Below the pieces are notes generated by a model. It was given only the letters and a program-made list of their open reading frames with translations, did no database searches and had not been told where the DNA came from. A DNA stretch of 64,000 nucleotides from Callorhinchus milii (taxonomy: Eukaryota), in contig NW_024704751.1 of NCBI RefSeq assembly GCF_018977255.1, forward strand, positions 15,128,001 through 15,192,000, given 5' to 3'. The position numbers were made by a program, and so were the translations under genes. Shown here one piece after another: positions 37,531-51,374 of this stretch (position 1 is the first letter of the stretch; each line of letters starts with the position of its first letter).

Positions 37531-40500
37531 GAGAAAAGAAAAGCAGAGACTCAGAGAGTTCCTGAATACATTTTCCTTCATCCAAGACGCTCTTCAATCC
37601 CATAATATTTTCTTTACCCGGGTAAAAAAGGCAAATCAAGTGCGCAATTGTTGCTAAAAGCTCATCGCTTTCCTTTGGAGTCTAACAGAAGTCTAACAAG
37701 GGCAAATTCATGCATAAAATTAAAGGATGTGGGGAAAGAACCGATTGCAGTCTGTGTGGCTGGGCCAAATTCCGAATTAGCTACGCTTACAAAGTCCCAG
37801 TGAATTACATCCATTTACATCACATAAAGCAGGAACAATGGAGCAAGCCACAAGATAGTGGGATCCTGCGTTCACAGTGAAGATAGGTTCAGGCTGTGCT
37901 TTTAGGAAAGCAAAGCCCAAAAGGAGGCTTGCAACATTGCTTGAGTCACTGCAAAAATTGAGTCAAATTCTCAACTCCAACGGCCTTACATTCCCAGCAC
38001 CCTGTGCGCTTGTATTTCAACACAAAAATCGTTATTCACTCAAGCCAAAAGGGCTTGAAACGGAATTATTTCAAGCTGTTTCTTTTCTGTGAGGTTGAAG
38101 TTTAAGACCTAATGACGGACGTGCAATGTTGTGCTACATACTCAATGACAGTTTTATCAATGAACCCTCCACTCTGACCTCAATCGTAAAGAATGCATTA
38201 GTCATACCAGGCAATAACTCAGTTTTAGTGCTCCAATTTTCCTATAATGGGACATTGCTTGCTCTGGCAACGGGGAAGGCTGAAAGAAATGAGATGGAGG
38301 TGACGAGGAATTCAAGGGCATATCCTTTGAGAAGCAAATCCTCCGTGGGAGGTAATTTCATGAACGCATCATTCAAACGCTGTCCATCTCGTGACTCCAG
38401 CCTACATGACATTGTGTGAAGACATTAGCCACAGAAGAGATAGCAGACTGATCCTGCACAAAGTAGATAAATGATCCATAAATGATACCAATCAACACAA
38501 CAGCATAATTTGTTGTCCTTCATTGGTTGTTTTTCTTTGCTCATTCATGGAAAATTATGTTTTCCATTTGACCAGAGTATTTGGCCTTCCAACCCTTGAC
38601 ACCATCCAAATAAAGCGTGAGATTTATCGAAAGGATACACTTCACTTGTATCCTTCCATGCATTTTTTCAGCCATGATTCTTTTTTTTTGCATTAAGGCA
38701 ACTTAATAATCCTTACATTTGATACAGCGCCTTTCACGTCGGGAGGACGCCCTAAAGCGCTTCACAGGATATACTGTAAAGTGTAGTGACTGGGTGTTTT
38801 GTGGGCAAACTTGGCTTCACATTGAGTAAAAAAAAACCTTGGATTTGATATATGTATATAGTACATATAGTAAGTGCATTAGCCCTGAAAATGAACACAC
38901 ACAGTTGCATCATTTTACAGTACGCTTTGGGATTGTTCAACGATGTGATGAGGGTTCATGAAATTCAAGGATTATTAGGTCATGGAACCGTTGTTCCACA
39001 TTAGTGCTGGGCTCTCAGTTTGCTCCATTGCCCATGCAGTTCGGTTCAATTCTGTTCAGGACGGGAGAGAGAGGAACGCAGGAAGATGCTAAAAGGAAAC
39101 ACTTCAAGTCACCCATCATCATTAGAATTCTTGCGCTGTAGCCTTGAACAAGACTTTCCATCATCTATTACAATTGCCATGCAGCGGGTGTTAAATCCCT
39201 TCATACTCATTTATCACTTAACATAAACAAGATGCTGGAGACTTGGTATCAACGACCCCCTTTTTGTTTGGCCCTTTTTTNATATTAAAAAAAACACACA
39301 TTACAGCAAGTCGGGGTCATTGCAAAACCCGCCAACATAGTTAAGATGACGGATGGGTTCAGGCGACCAATTTTCCTGACCACTGGACCAACCGTTCACA
39401 TTGAACTTGAGATTCCCAATTTGTTCGATTTTCAGTTGAACTTAACGTTCAATCAATTAATTAGACTTTTAGCTTGCTTGAAAGAAGGGGGTCGAATAAA
39501 AAGAAAAACGGGCTTCAAACCAAGCCAGGTTCCTAAAACAACTACCTTCAAGGTCTCACGCTCAAAGTTTCAGTAGGACAGATCGATAACCAGAAGCACA
39601 CATTTATTCCACATTGGGAAACTGACCTTTGCTCTTTGTCACCAACTCCCCTCCCAAACACAAGTCATAAATGTGAAGCCAGTTTTACCTTCTCAATAGC
39701 AATATTTGTTGAGAACGTGAAAAATTTACTGCAGAATCCAATCCCGCCTAGTCTTCGCCTCCGAGACCATTTTGTCTTCGCATTTAAGACAGTTATAATG
39801 CAGTTTAAGACAAAAAGAAAACGCTTTAGGCTAAAGGGGAAGCAGCGCTTCTCAAATGTTTTGACAACAAATTAAGGAAAAAAAAATAGCCTGGTATTAT
39901 TTGTCTGGTCCCTGAGGTGCGCGGGGAAGCGAGAGGAAGATAGACACATTAAAAGAGCGTGCACACAAACAGATCATCGCTGCAAATAAACACGGAATTT
40001 GTACCCTAATTTATTAAAACGAAAGCAACGTCAAACCTAAATCACGTTACGATTTGATTCTTCTCTCCCCGCGCCTCCCTCCCCTCCCCCCAAATAGGAT
40101 AAGATGTTTGGCCAAAGCCCTGGTCACAGAAACAATTTAATTACACGTGCAGGGCCACCGTGGCTCTGTGAATCTGCCGCTCTTTAATGAAACACAAATA
40201 GTGCCGGGGGCTTCAAGATCTGGAGAAACTGGCATGAATCATTAAAATGACTGACAACAGCAAGGAACTCTTTAAAGGGAGGCAGCCACAAAGGGAAGCT
40301 GGTTCGAGATGGGACAAATATCCCAGTGTTGGCTGAAGGTTTCTAGCTGTCAGGTTTTGGGACCGATGCCAGGCTACTGGCCTTTCAACGGCAAGCGGGG
40401 AACAAAACCGCCGATAGGAAGGTCAGAACTTCTGGCCCAGAGCCGAAGTCCAACATTTTTAAAGTTCATAAAAATCTCAGCGCCTTGAGCGGAGGATAAA

Positions 40501-41211
40501 GAACATTGGATCAGTTACAAGCTTGAAAATCTAGGGCGTGATGGAACATTAAATTGAAAAGCTCGAGGAGCGCTCGTGGTTTAAGGCGATGGCGACGCTC
40601 TTTTCTGGAACTTTCTCTTCCAACTTTCCGAGCAGCGATCTTTGTGAATTGTAGATGTTGTTTAGCCGCCTGTGCAAAATCCTCTGAGCGTGCATCTGGG
40701 ACGCTGGAAGTCCGCTATAGCCTGATATCAATTTGAAACTGTCAGGCAAACCCATTCTTCCATATCAGACCATTTCCATTTTGTCCAGGCGTGAGCTGAA
40801 TGCAGAGTTGCAAAGTCTTAGTCTGTACAGAGCCTTACCAGTGTGTTCTGGATGAGCGCACGGTGCACTGAGTACGAGTTTGGCATGGGGAAGTATGGCG
40901 AGGTTGGGAAGGATCGCTGATAATCATAGCTCCGTGCTCCTATCTATCGATCTATCTATCTCCAGCAAAGGTTTTAAAGTGATGGATGTCACTGTCTTGA
41001 TTGGTGTGTCACTAATCTAGAAAGAACCAGAGAAGTGCCATCTGGTTAACCACTTAATAATTCATTGCTCCAAAGGCAAAGGGGCTCGGTGACGAGTTAT
41101 CAAGAGCAGTGAGTTAGGCATAATACATAAACAAATGTGGCCGGGATATTGATAGCGATGATTAAGTGATAAGTGACAAGTGAAGCCAGGGTCGACTTGG
41201 ACTCTCAGTCT

Positions 41212-41400
41212 TAATAATAAATAATAATAATTGTTACATTTGATATTCCACATTATCACGTCTTTAAGACGTCTCAAAGTGCTTCACAGAATATACTGTA
41301 AAGTGACTTGACTGTATATTTGGTGGGGGAAACACAGCAGCCAATTGCGCACAGCAGTGTCCCACAAACAGTCGTGGATTGAGTGACCAAATTATTATTT
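41212..41400 (-). mobile_element. SINE family A 3' half
   Basis: (AAT)n...agacgtctcaaagtgcttcacagaatatactgtaaagtg...cagtcgtggattgagtgaccaa. Confidence 0.9.
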
Positions 41401-43196
41401 TTGCACTTTCCATGCTCATTTCTAACACTGCGAATGTTCCTTTTCAAACCACGTGGGTCCATAGCCGAATCCATCTGCCTCCTCCTCCGCATCCTCTCCA
41501 CCCACAGCCCACCCTAGCCAGACAATGTGCACCCCAGTGATCAGAGTGTCAGCAACTGGGAATGTCTCCGCTTAAAGCGAAATTAGGATTGTGAAAGGCA
41601 CAATCCATCACTGTCCAGAATGTAAGATGCGGGAACAATCCGGTTGCCAGCGGAATCTGGATAATTCATCATAAATCCAAAGCATCTCGAAAGGCCTTCT
41701 ATTGGCCCTGGCAATTGGACGCCCAATCTATTTTGGATGGCTGGTCAATGGTGTGGAGCAATGGATCCCGAAGATATGGCGGGAACGTTGGGATAGGAAG
41801 CGGCAGCTTTGAGAGAGGGGACTTGACCTCGGAGTGGGAGGGGGAGGGGGGTTGGGGAGAAAAAAATGTTGATTTCTGGAGAAGGTGATACAAGAGGGAT
41901 ATCAGCCGAAATCATGAGTGACAGTCCTGTATAATAAAGATGCCAATATTTTGTCACGGAAGAGTTAACATGCACGCCAGTTACCAATTGCATGGGAGCA
42001 CCATTGAGAATCATCGCAAAATGACATTGTAGCAAAAGCTTAATAAATTAATTAGCTAGTAGGCATCTGGCTGTTCACATACGCTGCTATAAATGGCTAA
42101 TTAGCAGTTATCAGCAACAGTATGGGCACAGCAAACTTGGAGCACCACTTTCCCATTAGGGATGTGATCCTCAGATACCAAGCATCTGGTATCTAACTAA
42201 TTTCACTGTCATTAGAAAGGAGGAGCATAAACACTGTGTGGAGATTAGAAAAGGTCACTTGATTTACAACAGATAAAATACAGAGGGTCTGGTTCCCTGG
42301 TAGGATTGAGAATTGGTTCCATTATGGATATTTCCTTCCCATCTCTGAAAGCCTTTAATTCCTCAATACCCAACCTTGGTTAAACCCTGACACGTGCATA
42401 GCAACGTGAGGACATCCCAACACACTGGACAGTCAGGGATTTGGATCTGAGCTGGAGATGGAGTTCCAAAGTGTGGGGAAGAGAGGCTGATCGGCCAACC
42501 GCCAATGGTGGGCGGGCAGGGCAGATGTGGAATAGACCGGAGCCCAGCGTTGTAGGCAAGACTTGTAGGGAATGAGAATCAGGTTTGCTGTTGGTTGCAG
42601 TATATTCTGTGTAGCCCTTGGAGATATCTCAACAGCGTGGTAAGGCATGATATCAAATGCAAGGATTATTATTATTATTCCCAACTGTGGGATGTGCTGA
42701 AAGAGTTCAAATCCACAATCTCGACCTCCCCCACTTCTCCGCCCCGAACAAAATCTGATTGATCAACGAACTGGGCTGCATTTTGTTGGCACGCATCTCT
42801 GTAAATCGATTGGACTTTTGGTAAATGTCAAACTGACGGCTATTTACAACTGGGAAGAGGAGCCCGCGGGGCAAGGTTGGTTCATTTTCTCCGATAAGGA
42901 ATTTAATTAGCAATTTCCTATTGAGAGGCAGCAATTACGAGAGCGTGAAGAGAAAAAGAAGCTTGGTCAGTGTCTGTGCCAATGAATAAATGTCCCATTA
43001 CGCCAGTCTCCCATGGCTTGTGGGCTAATGTGGCTCACATCAGATTCACAATCAATCCAATGGATCTGCGGCTTCATTTATTCCAAATGTTTGAGAAGCA
43101 GAGCAAACGTTACACCACTCAAGGCATCGCAGACCGTAGCAAATAAACACACGGTGGGAACCAGTGGGTGGGGAGTTACAACGCAGTAATTTAACT

Positions 43197-43455
43197 AAAC
43201 TTTAGGCAAGTTTCTTTACTCCACACACCTGTTTACCTCGCGGTAAGTAGGAAACCGGTTGATAATCGATTGCGGATGGATCCTTTTCCCAGAATAATAA
43301 TCCCTCAAAAAAAATCTTATATAGTGCCAATTCACATCGATGAGATGTCTCAAAGTGCTTCACAGAATAGATTGTTCAGTGAATTGATTGTGTATTTTTT
43401 TGGACGAAACAGGCAGCCAATTGCGCACGGCAGTGTCCCACAAACAGTCGTGGGA
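43197..43455. mobile_element. SINE family A: CORE part on +, followed by 3' half on -
   Basis: ggcaagtttctttactccacacacctgtttacc...aataataatccctcaaaaaaa, then the reverse-complement tail to ...cacaaacagtcgtgg. Confidence 0.82.
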
Positions 43456-44967
43456 CACAAACCCTAATTTCAATGGCAAGGACAGCGTTGGGAGGTATCA
43501 AAGATGCACAGAACCAACCAAGCTGCTTCCCTGAACAGGAGTCCAGACTCCTGAACAGGAGTCATTTAAAATAAAGCTCAACTTTGCTGTTGACCGGCCT
43601 GTAGGAAAGGGGTGGGGGCGAGAAAACCAGTACAACCCATTTCCTCAATCAATGCCCTGTTTCCACACAATCCCGAATTTCCCGATCAGAAATATTGACC
43701 GGACATCTATCCTAAACTGAAGTGAAACACTCATGTTCTCTCGCAAACCCAATTGCTCCTGAGAGGACATTACAGAATAAACAGGCTGCACGTTTCGCTG
43801 ATGTTAGACCGCTTTTAATTGCGAAGCATCACTGATAGCATAACAACCTCCGTCTGACCACAAGCAAATATACTGGGAGGGAGGGGGAAATGGAGGGTTG
43901 AGTTGCAATAACGACCGCTCAATCCAATAAAGGATATTGTGCATAATGCTTCGACAATTGAGTTGCAGAGCACCAAGGCCCTTTTTTTTGGCTTTCCTTC
44001 ATTGATTTAATGTTTTATCCAAGCTCTTACACGTCCCCTGTGGGATTTCCTCCCAGTTCCATTCCGTGCCCAGGCCAATGTGTCGTGAGTCCAACTCTCA
44101 GCCCCACAAGGGAGAAATGCCATCCTACTGACGACTAACCTACTGCAGAATAAAGGAACTGGGACTTTATCTTCATTGGCCAACGCAAATGGATTTTGTG
44201 TGCTTTTTTTGCCCATTTTCAGCCAAATCTCTCTCTCTCTCTCCATCCCCACCCCCCCGGGTCGTGGCCAACAACTGCCCTCAAAGAAATCGGTCATTCA
44301 CTTCCCGGCATTTCGTGAAATATTGCTGTGCCCAAATTGGCTGACATGTTTGCGTGATGGGGTGGCTGGGGGACACACGTGTGTCTGTGGAACAAATCCC
44401 ACATGTAGCTTTGAAATTTACATTTTATTCTCAAATTCATCCCCCCCCACCGCCCTCCCACACGCAAAGCTTAATTCCTTGTCACATGACTCAATACTCT
44501 GTGCAACCAGAAAATGCACACGCAATTTAATTCTAATAGCCAGAGTGAATCAGACCATTGCATTTGGGGGAAAAGCGTTTTAATGCTTTTTGATTTTGAC
44601 CATAATAAGTTAAGGTGAAGTCAGCCCTTTTTTAAAAAAAACGGAATCGTATTCTTTCATGTGCCGTGTTGAATTAAGTAAGGGTAAGCAATTAGTATCA
44701 GAACGAGTGGGCAGCTCGGTGCAGTGACTGGGAAGCCAAGACTGTCCCAAGCATTTGACATGGGGCCTTAATGAGCCTTCAAAAAGGTCCTCGGTGTGTG
44801 TCGGATTGGAATCCAGATCCCAGAGATGAAAGGGCTCGGAGCCTGAGAAACTTGCGCTCGATAATCAGCCGCACTAAAAAGGTAACCATGGTAATGCTCC
44901 CTATTATGTATTTCAGTTGCTGGGATCCAAGCGAGACTCTCTATACTAGCGTTAGATTCACTTTCTT

Positions 44968-45252
44968 CCATCCCTCGGATGAGACGTTAAACCGAGAACC
45001 CATCTCCCCGGCCAGGGTGGACATTAAAGATCCCGTGGCACTTTTCGAAAAGAGAAGGGGGTAGCTCTCTCCGGGTGTCCTGGCCAACAATCCCTCACAT
45101 ACAATTGGTCACTCACTCCATGGCTGTTTGTGGGAGATTGCTGTGCTCAAACTAGCTGCCGTGCTCCGCTCACAAAATACACAGTCACTCCACTTTACGT
45201 TATCCTGCAAAGCGCTTTGAGGCGCCTCAGCAACAAGTTAGTAAGGCGCTAC
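44968..45252 (+). mobile_element. DeuSINE Deu domain and tail
   Basis: cggatgagacgttaaaccgag...ggtggacattaaagatcccgtggcac...gtgtcctggccaac...gctgtttgtggga...aaagcgctttgag. Confidence 0.88.
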
Positions 45253-45859
45253 AACACGTGCCTGGATGTGTAATCCAAGCGCAATGGGTGCCGGTTCGTG
45301 TTGCTTCATCCAAATTGACCTGCAAAGTATTAAACACGGCAAGAAATGGGAAGAATGAGCAACACTAAATGGGAAAGGAGTGAGTGAAGGGGTGAGCTAC
45401 CTGATGTAGGCAGTTCTCAAGTACTCAGAAGTACAGAACAAGGGCAGATCTCACTCCTGTACAGACATGGTCGCACTCCTACTTCTCTTTGTTACAACGC
45501 ACAATTTCTCTCTGTGCTCAAGTATAGACATAATGAGGTATAGATTGAAATTGGACTGAACATGGATCGGATTCCCCAGTTGAAGATCAAATAACCTGTG
45601 TATTACAGAAAGAGAGGAGGAGAGAGAGAGAGGAGATGTTAGGTGTGGGTGGTGGAGTGTTACATATTCTAATCACAGTAAATCTCTGAAGAGCGATTAT
45701 TTGTTACAGAAAGTTCAATGATAGTCCTTTTTATCTCTGGAAGCTGGATTCAAAGTTATTGATTCTGTCGACGTGTGAAACACATGGTCATGACTGGTAA
45801 AGGTATACCAGAAAAGCACAGCTCTGACAGCGGAGAGGACAGAGCTGTATTTTTAAGTA

Positions 45860-46027
45860 GTTTGGTCACTCGATCCACAACTGTTGGTGGGACACTGCTG
45901 TGTGTGCAATTGGCTGCCACGTGTCACCCACAAAATACAATCACTACACGTTACACTATATTTTGTGAAGCACTTTGAGACATCTCAACAATGTGAGAAG
46001 ACACTATCTCAAATGCAAGGATTATTG
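45860..46027 (+). mobile_element. SINE family A 3' half
   Basis: tttggtcactcgatccacaactg...aaatgcaaggattatt. Confidence 0.88.
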
Positions 46028-46914
46028 AATTATATATCACCTCATAATATCCAAATTAGCTGCTATGTTCACATACAAATAGAAACACTACTGTTAACAG
46101 TAATTACCGGAAAGCACTTTCATGTTATATAGGCACTGGATCAAAAGTATTTTTCAATAATGAATTATTTATCCATAGTTATTATTATAATAATTATATT
46201 ATTAAGAGTTCAAGTGGTTATCTCCATAATTACGATGAAAGGAACCTCTCTACAAAGCCCCATCATTTTTTTCACCATTTCCGTTCTCCAAGCATGGGTG
46301 CCAATTTATTCAGCCGAATGCACGCGCGCACACACAAAATAATGGATCGAACGATATCAAAGGCTTTTGAAGAGTTAATATACAAAAGTCTGCAACAGGA
46401 TGTCTGCCATCTAATCCATTTCTTCAGATTAACTCGAAAATCTGCTCCGAATCCGAGACACACCATCTCATTAGTGCTTGCGGCAGGTCCTGTTCCAATA
46501 AACAGACTGATGTTTTATTCACCATCAACTTCATTTGCAGCATAAATATTTCTGTAATCAACAAAACAGATCTTACAGGGGAGGGGAAAGGGTTAGAGAA
46601 GATGGAGAGAATGCATAGACAGCCTGTGTTGACTGTCAATGCTGTAGGATGTCACTCAGTTACTATGGAAATAGCTAAAGAGCCTTGGACCATTCCTAGC
46701 TTCAATCCCCCCTAGAATATCTGGCGAGACGCTTAATTATTAAGATAATGCACAACTCGAAAAGGGGTTTCGATTGAGCGGTTTCATTGAGGGCTTTGAT
46801 ATTGTGGCTGTGATCTGCATTACAAGGCGAGGGCAACTCTGGGGAAAGCGATCAAAAACAAACAAGGTGAACATTTGCGGCACTTCTCAAGCCTGCGGTG
46901 CAAAGCAATATGTC

Positions 46915-47302
46915 GGGAAGATCTCTCAAAGCGCTTCGCAGGATTTTACTGTAAAGCGCAGTGGCTGTGTACTGCATAGACAAACACGACAGCGAATCTG
47001 CGCACAGTAACGCCCCACAAACAGTCATGAAGTGAATGGCTGATTTTAGCTCAGGGGATTATTAGCCAGGAACACCAGGAGAAAAACTCCTTCTAAAGCT
47101 TTTCCCCAGCACTGCAATGGAATCCATCTGTTAGTCTGTCTGGCAGATGTCTGTCTGTGGGACACCGCTGTGCATAATTGACTGCCACTTTTCGCCCACA
47201 AAATACTCAGTCGCTTCACAATATATACTGTGAAGCGCTTGAGATGTCTCAACAACCTGATAAGGCGCTAGATCAAGCACAGGGATTATTATTATTATTA
47301 TT
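46915..47302. mobile_element. Inverted pair of SINE 3' halves
   Basis: A minus copy at ~46915-47090 and a plus copy at ~47152-47302. Confidence 0.8.
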
Positions 47303-47597
47303 AAATGAGAAGCTGCCAGTCTCAGATGACCCTGAACCTCCTGTGGGTTGCATTTCCATCTGGACTGAGCAGCTTCCCTGGTACCCGACAGATCAAAGCC
47401 TTGCACACAGAGAGAGGCTGTCCTTTGTTTTAAATGCCATCTGAATGCACTGCAAAAATCATCAAGAGCTCATCTCATTAAGGAACAGAGACCAAGACTC
47501 CATCCTCAGCACTCAGCGAGACTGGCTGGACCGTGCGGCCTTCCCTCGTCTCGCCCAGAGAAGCCCCTGTGTAACACATCAGCTCACAGTCATTTAA

Positions 47598-47765
47598 GAG
47601 TCACCGTGGCGTAGTGGTTAGAGCACTCGTTTCGCTAGCGAGAGGACCCGGGTTCAATTCCCAGGCGAGGCGAAACCCTTCGGCCTCGGTTTACCTAGCA
47701 GTAAGTAGTAAGGCAGCCGGTTGTTAAGTCGATTTGGTCGATCACTTTCCAGAGGTAATAATTTT
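47598..47765 (+). mobile_element. SINE family A 5' half
   Basis: tggcgtagtggttagagcactcg...cccgggttcaattccc...gtttacctagcagtaagtag...ggtaataat. Confidence 0.88.
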
Positions 47766-48176
47766 TTATTTCAAAAAGTCCCCCCCAAGATAGATACCCA
47801 GGTGCATCAGCGGATCTGGCTGTACGAACAAGGCAGTCCGCAAAAGCACCTTTTGTCTTCAAAGACAAAAACCTTGCAGATAAGCAGACGAGTAGTGGTC
47901 GGGTTTTCAGTGCATCAATGAAAAGTTTGGGGTCACAGGGGAGCTGAACGTGATTATTATGGGTGCGAAAGGGAGGAGGATACATCATTGTAACTGCAAT
48001 ATGATGGGAAAGGAGAGGACGAAAGACAGCAATTAGTTTCCGTGGCCTGCGCACTTGCGATCGTTTTTCATGCTGCCTCTGTTAAGCAGGAGATTTCAAA
48101 TTGGGTTTGCAGTCATCTCTCTTCTGCTCGGCAGCCACCAGGATTGCAAGCGAACAGTGCAAAAACGTGAGGCCAA

Positions 48177-48211
<35 letters not shown>

Positions 48212-51200
48212 GGAAAAGAAAGACTACTCTATATCCGTCAGCTGCTGCCTGGGAAATCCTAGTCTCCTGAAGAGTTACGATTCATCAAATGTGTCAGTAA
48301 CCCAGTCGGCATTCTTCGGATGCTATTAACCTCAGATATTGTGAAGGATGGAGCTGGTACAGCCCAGTGCACGTATTTCTTCTCCCCCACCCCCATCCCC
48401 CAACTCTACGCTACAAGATTCCTTTAAACCCTTTGTTGAACAAAAAGCAGAAAAAGGATTTTTGTTAAAAAGACCTCCCCCCCCCACCCGACTCACACAC
48501 ATACATACAGGCAAGAGACTGTTCCCACCGCATCTAGTTTGCTTACCATGCACCAACATCTTGAGTTTAGAGTGGGGGTGGGGGGGTGATGGGAGTAGAC
48601 ATTTCAATACCATAGGTTCAGAGAGTGGGGGGGGGAGATGGGGAGAAAAAGGAGACGAGAAAAGAAGAAACACACACACACACACACACACACAGACAGA
48701 CACACAGACAGAGAATGCAATTAGAAGAAAATGAAAAGTTGACCTGAGTGATGGGCAAGGAGATGGATCTCGCTGCATCTGCAAATAGTCAGTCAATTTA
48801 TCCTCAGACTCCGAGCTGCACAACAATAATGAGGAGAAGCCCAGGTTGCCCTTCAACCCCTGATCTGTCTGAGCTGCTCAGGGCTGAACATGTCTATATC
48901 TCATGCCACGATTGGAATACTAAGAGCTCCGCAGACATTCCAGGATAACAAAGACAATAAGAGACAAGGAGAAGTCCAGACCCACTCAATATTACATTTC
49001 CTTTGTCACCGCATTAGTCACGGAGGTTAGAGGTTAGGAAGGATTGTAGAATGTCAGGCTATTACTCTCTCCTTTAATGGCATTATTCGAAAAGAGAACA
49101 GAGTTTTTCTCTCCCAGTGTCCTGGCCAACAACCAGCCCCCTCCCCCCCACCACGATAAAACTGGTCATGTCACTTCACAGAGAAGCCGGGAGTAAGGGG
49201 GACAGGGGCTGAGTTAGGTGGGGCTGTATAATGAATACCCTAAAAAGTGTTAACTGGGTTTCCCTCAATAAATATCAAACGATACTGTACTTGCATTTGA
49301 TATAGCGCCTTATCACATGGTTGAGATGTCTCAAAACACATCACAGAATATGCGGTAAAGTGGATTGACTGTGTATTTTTTGGCGAAAAGCACTTTATTT
49401 GCTCCCAACCCCCAACTGGGAATACATTAAATTGTATTTTCAAATTGCTTTGTCTCCCTGACTATTTTATAATGCGCTGCCCGGTTTGATAAAAGTTCTA
49501 GTCAACTTAAGGTTAATGTTTCGCGTACATGCCTTGGTTTACAAATCTGGACTGCACTGATCTTCCAAACGCAGAGCTGGAAAGTTACCGCAGCGAGACA
49601 GAGTGTGATTCAGAATCTCCCTCAGGGCCATGGGTGAGAAACCTCAAGTCTCGTGCTACGAAGCAAAGCTGATCTGGGGGAGCGGTGCCTTGGCGGAGAT
49701 GCTGTCCTTGGCGGAGACTTTTTTTCTTCTTGTTCAGGTGGACGTTAAACATCCCACAGGTGTCCTGCCCAACAATCTGCCCCCGCAGATAAAAATTGAT
49801 CGCTCACTCACATGCCTGCTTGCCATGAATGGACAATGCTGTGCACAAATTGACTATAGGGTTTGCCTACAAAAGGGCCACCACTACACTTTACAGGAAA
49901 GCCTAAGAAGAGCTTTGAAATGCCCTTCCGACGTGAAAGACCCCGAATCTCTGCAACACCTTTCCTCTATTGCCCCTGCCTTCCTCTATCCCCCTGAAAC
50001 AATGGAGTGAATGGCCTCTTTCTATGATTGTATGTCACTCAGCCAGAATTGACCATAGGATGTTTGGATGAAGGAGGCTCTCCAGCCTGGTTCTGAATCG
50101 CTCGACCTGTTGTGCTTGTTGACGGATCCTATTAGTGAGTTTCCTTTATTCTACACAATACACAGCTCAACAGGGACTTTCAACAGTAACGGATGCCTAC
50201 AAACCAGTAACAGGCACAGAAAAAGGTTGTCCATCCCTTTGGAACCCAAATTACAAATTGGAGCTGGTGCGGAAACGAAACCACAAGGTGAGCAGAAGTC
50301 ATTACAGTTCATATAAAAAGGCCCTTCGAGCTTCCTACATTAGACTCAAATGACATTTCCACATTACCGTTATTAAAGCAGACCGAGACTTTATTAGCGC
50401 ATCAAAAAGCTCGCAGCCTATTGGAATCGTATTGATTTTTCAAACGTTCCCACTCTGAAGGCAAATAAAAAGCAGATATAAAAAGGCTGATGGGCATGTG
50501 CACTGATTGACAGGCTGAGAATGCGAATCCAAAGGTTGTCAGGCTCGTGCCTGACAGAGAGATGTGATCCAACCCATCTATAATCCTAATTTCCTTGTGT
50601 CCGACAGACTAAATTACACACTTTTCACCTCAAGGCAATCCTTCAGCTCCTCACTACTAATCATCGTTATCCAATGCCATGTTCTCCCTTGGTCACGCTT
50701 CTCTCCTAATTTTTTTTTAAAAAATCAACATTATATTAGCGAAAATTTCCCCGATAATCTAAACCCAGAAAGATTCCCTTGAACACAAACCGGATCAATA
50801 TCCCTTCGAAGGAATGATCAAGTCACAATTTATATTTGTTTAGCGCCTTGCACGACGTCTTGAAACACGGCCTCACTAAAGACCTCTGCAAATTGTTTTT
50901 GAAAATTGCTCCCGGTTACTGCGAGAGACTGTCAGGGATTACTGAGCTCATTGTTCACAGCTCATCTCCAACTCGAGAAACGATCGGGGCGCTGCAGGTC
51001 TCAACAATCCTTGAATTTCATTCAACCAGCGTGTCAAAATGCTTCAGAGTTTGTCGTCAAGTGCTGTGCAGCAGACGTGTTATTTTGCGGGCGAGTGCAG
51101 CAGCCAATTTGTGCAAAGCAACGTCCAGCAAACAGCCAGGAAATTAATGACTATTTTTTTTAAAAAAATCTGTGGGAAATGTCAGCTAGGATGCCGGGAA

Positions 51201-51374
51201 AAACACCTGACTGTTTTCAAATAATGTCTCATCCTAAAGACGGGCTTCAGACAATGCAGTTCCTCAACCACCGAATGTCAGCCAGGATTATCCAGATCCC
51301 TCTGTGGGGCTTAACCCCTCGACCTTAACCGAGCCAGTTACAATCTTTGGGATCAGGTCTCCAGATAAAAATGG

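Noticed and set aside
39281-39281. Single N base (another at 57673)
   Set aside because: This is an assembly ambiguity beside a homopolymer run, not a biological feature.
48332-48856. Longest ORF in the track (174 aa) and the overlapping 128-aa ORF
   Set aside because: Both are built from (TG)n, poly-C and pyrimidine tracts and show no recognisable domain.
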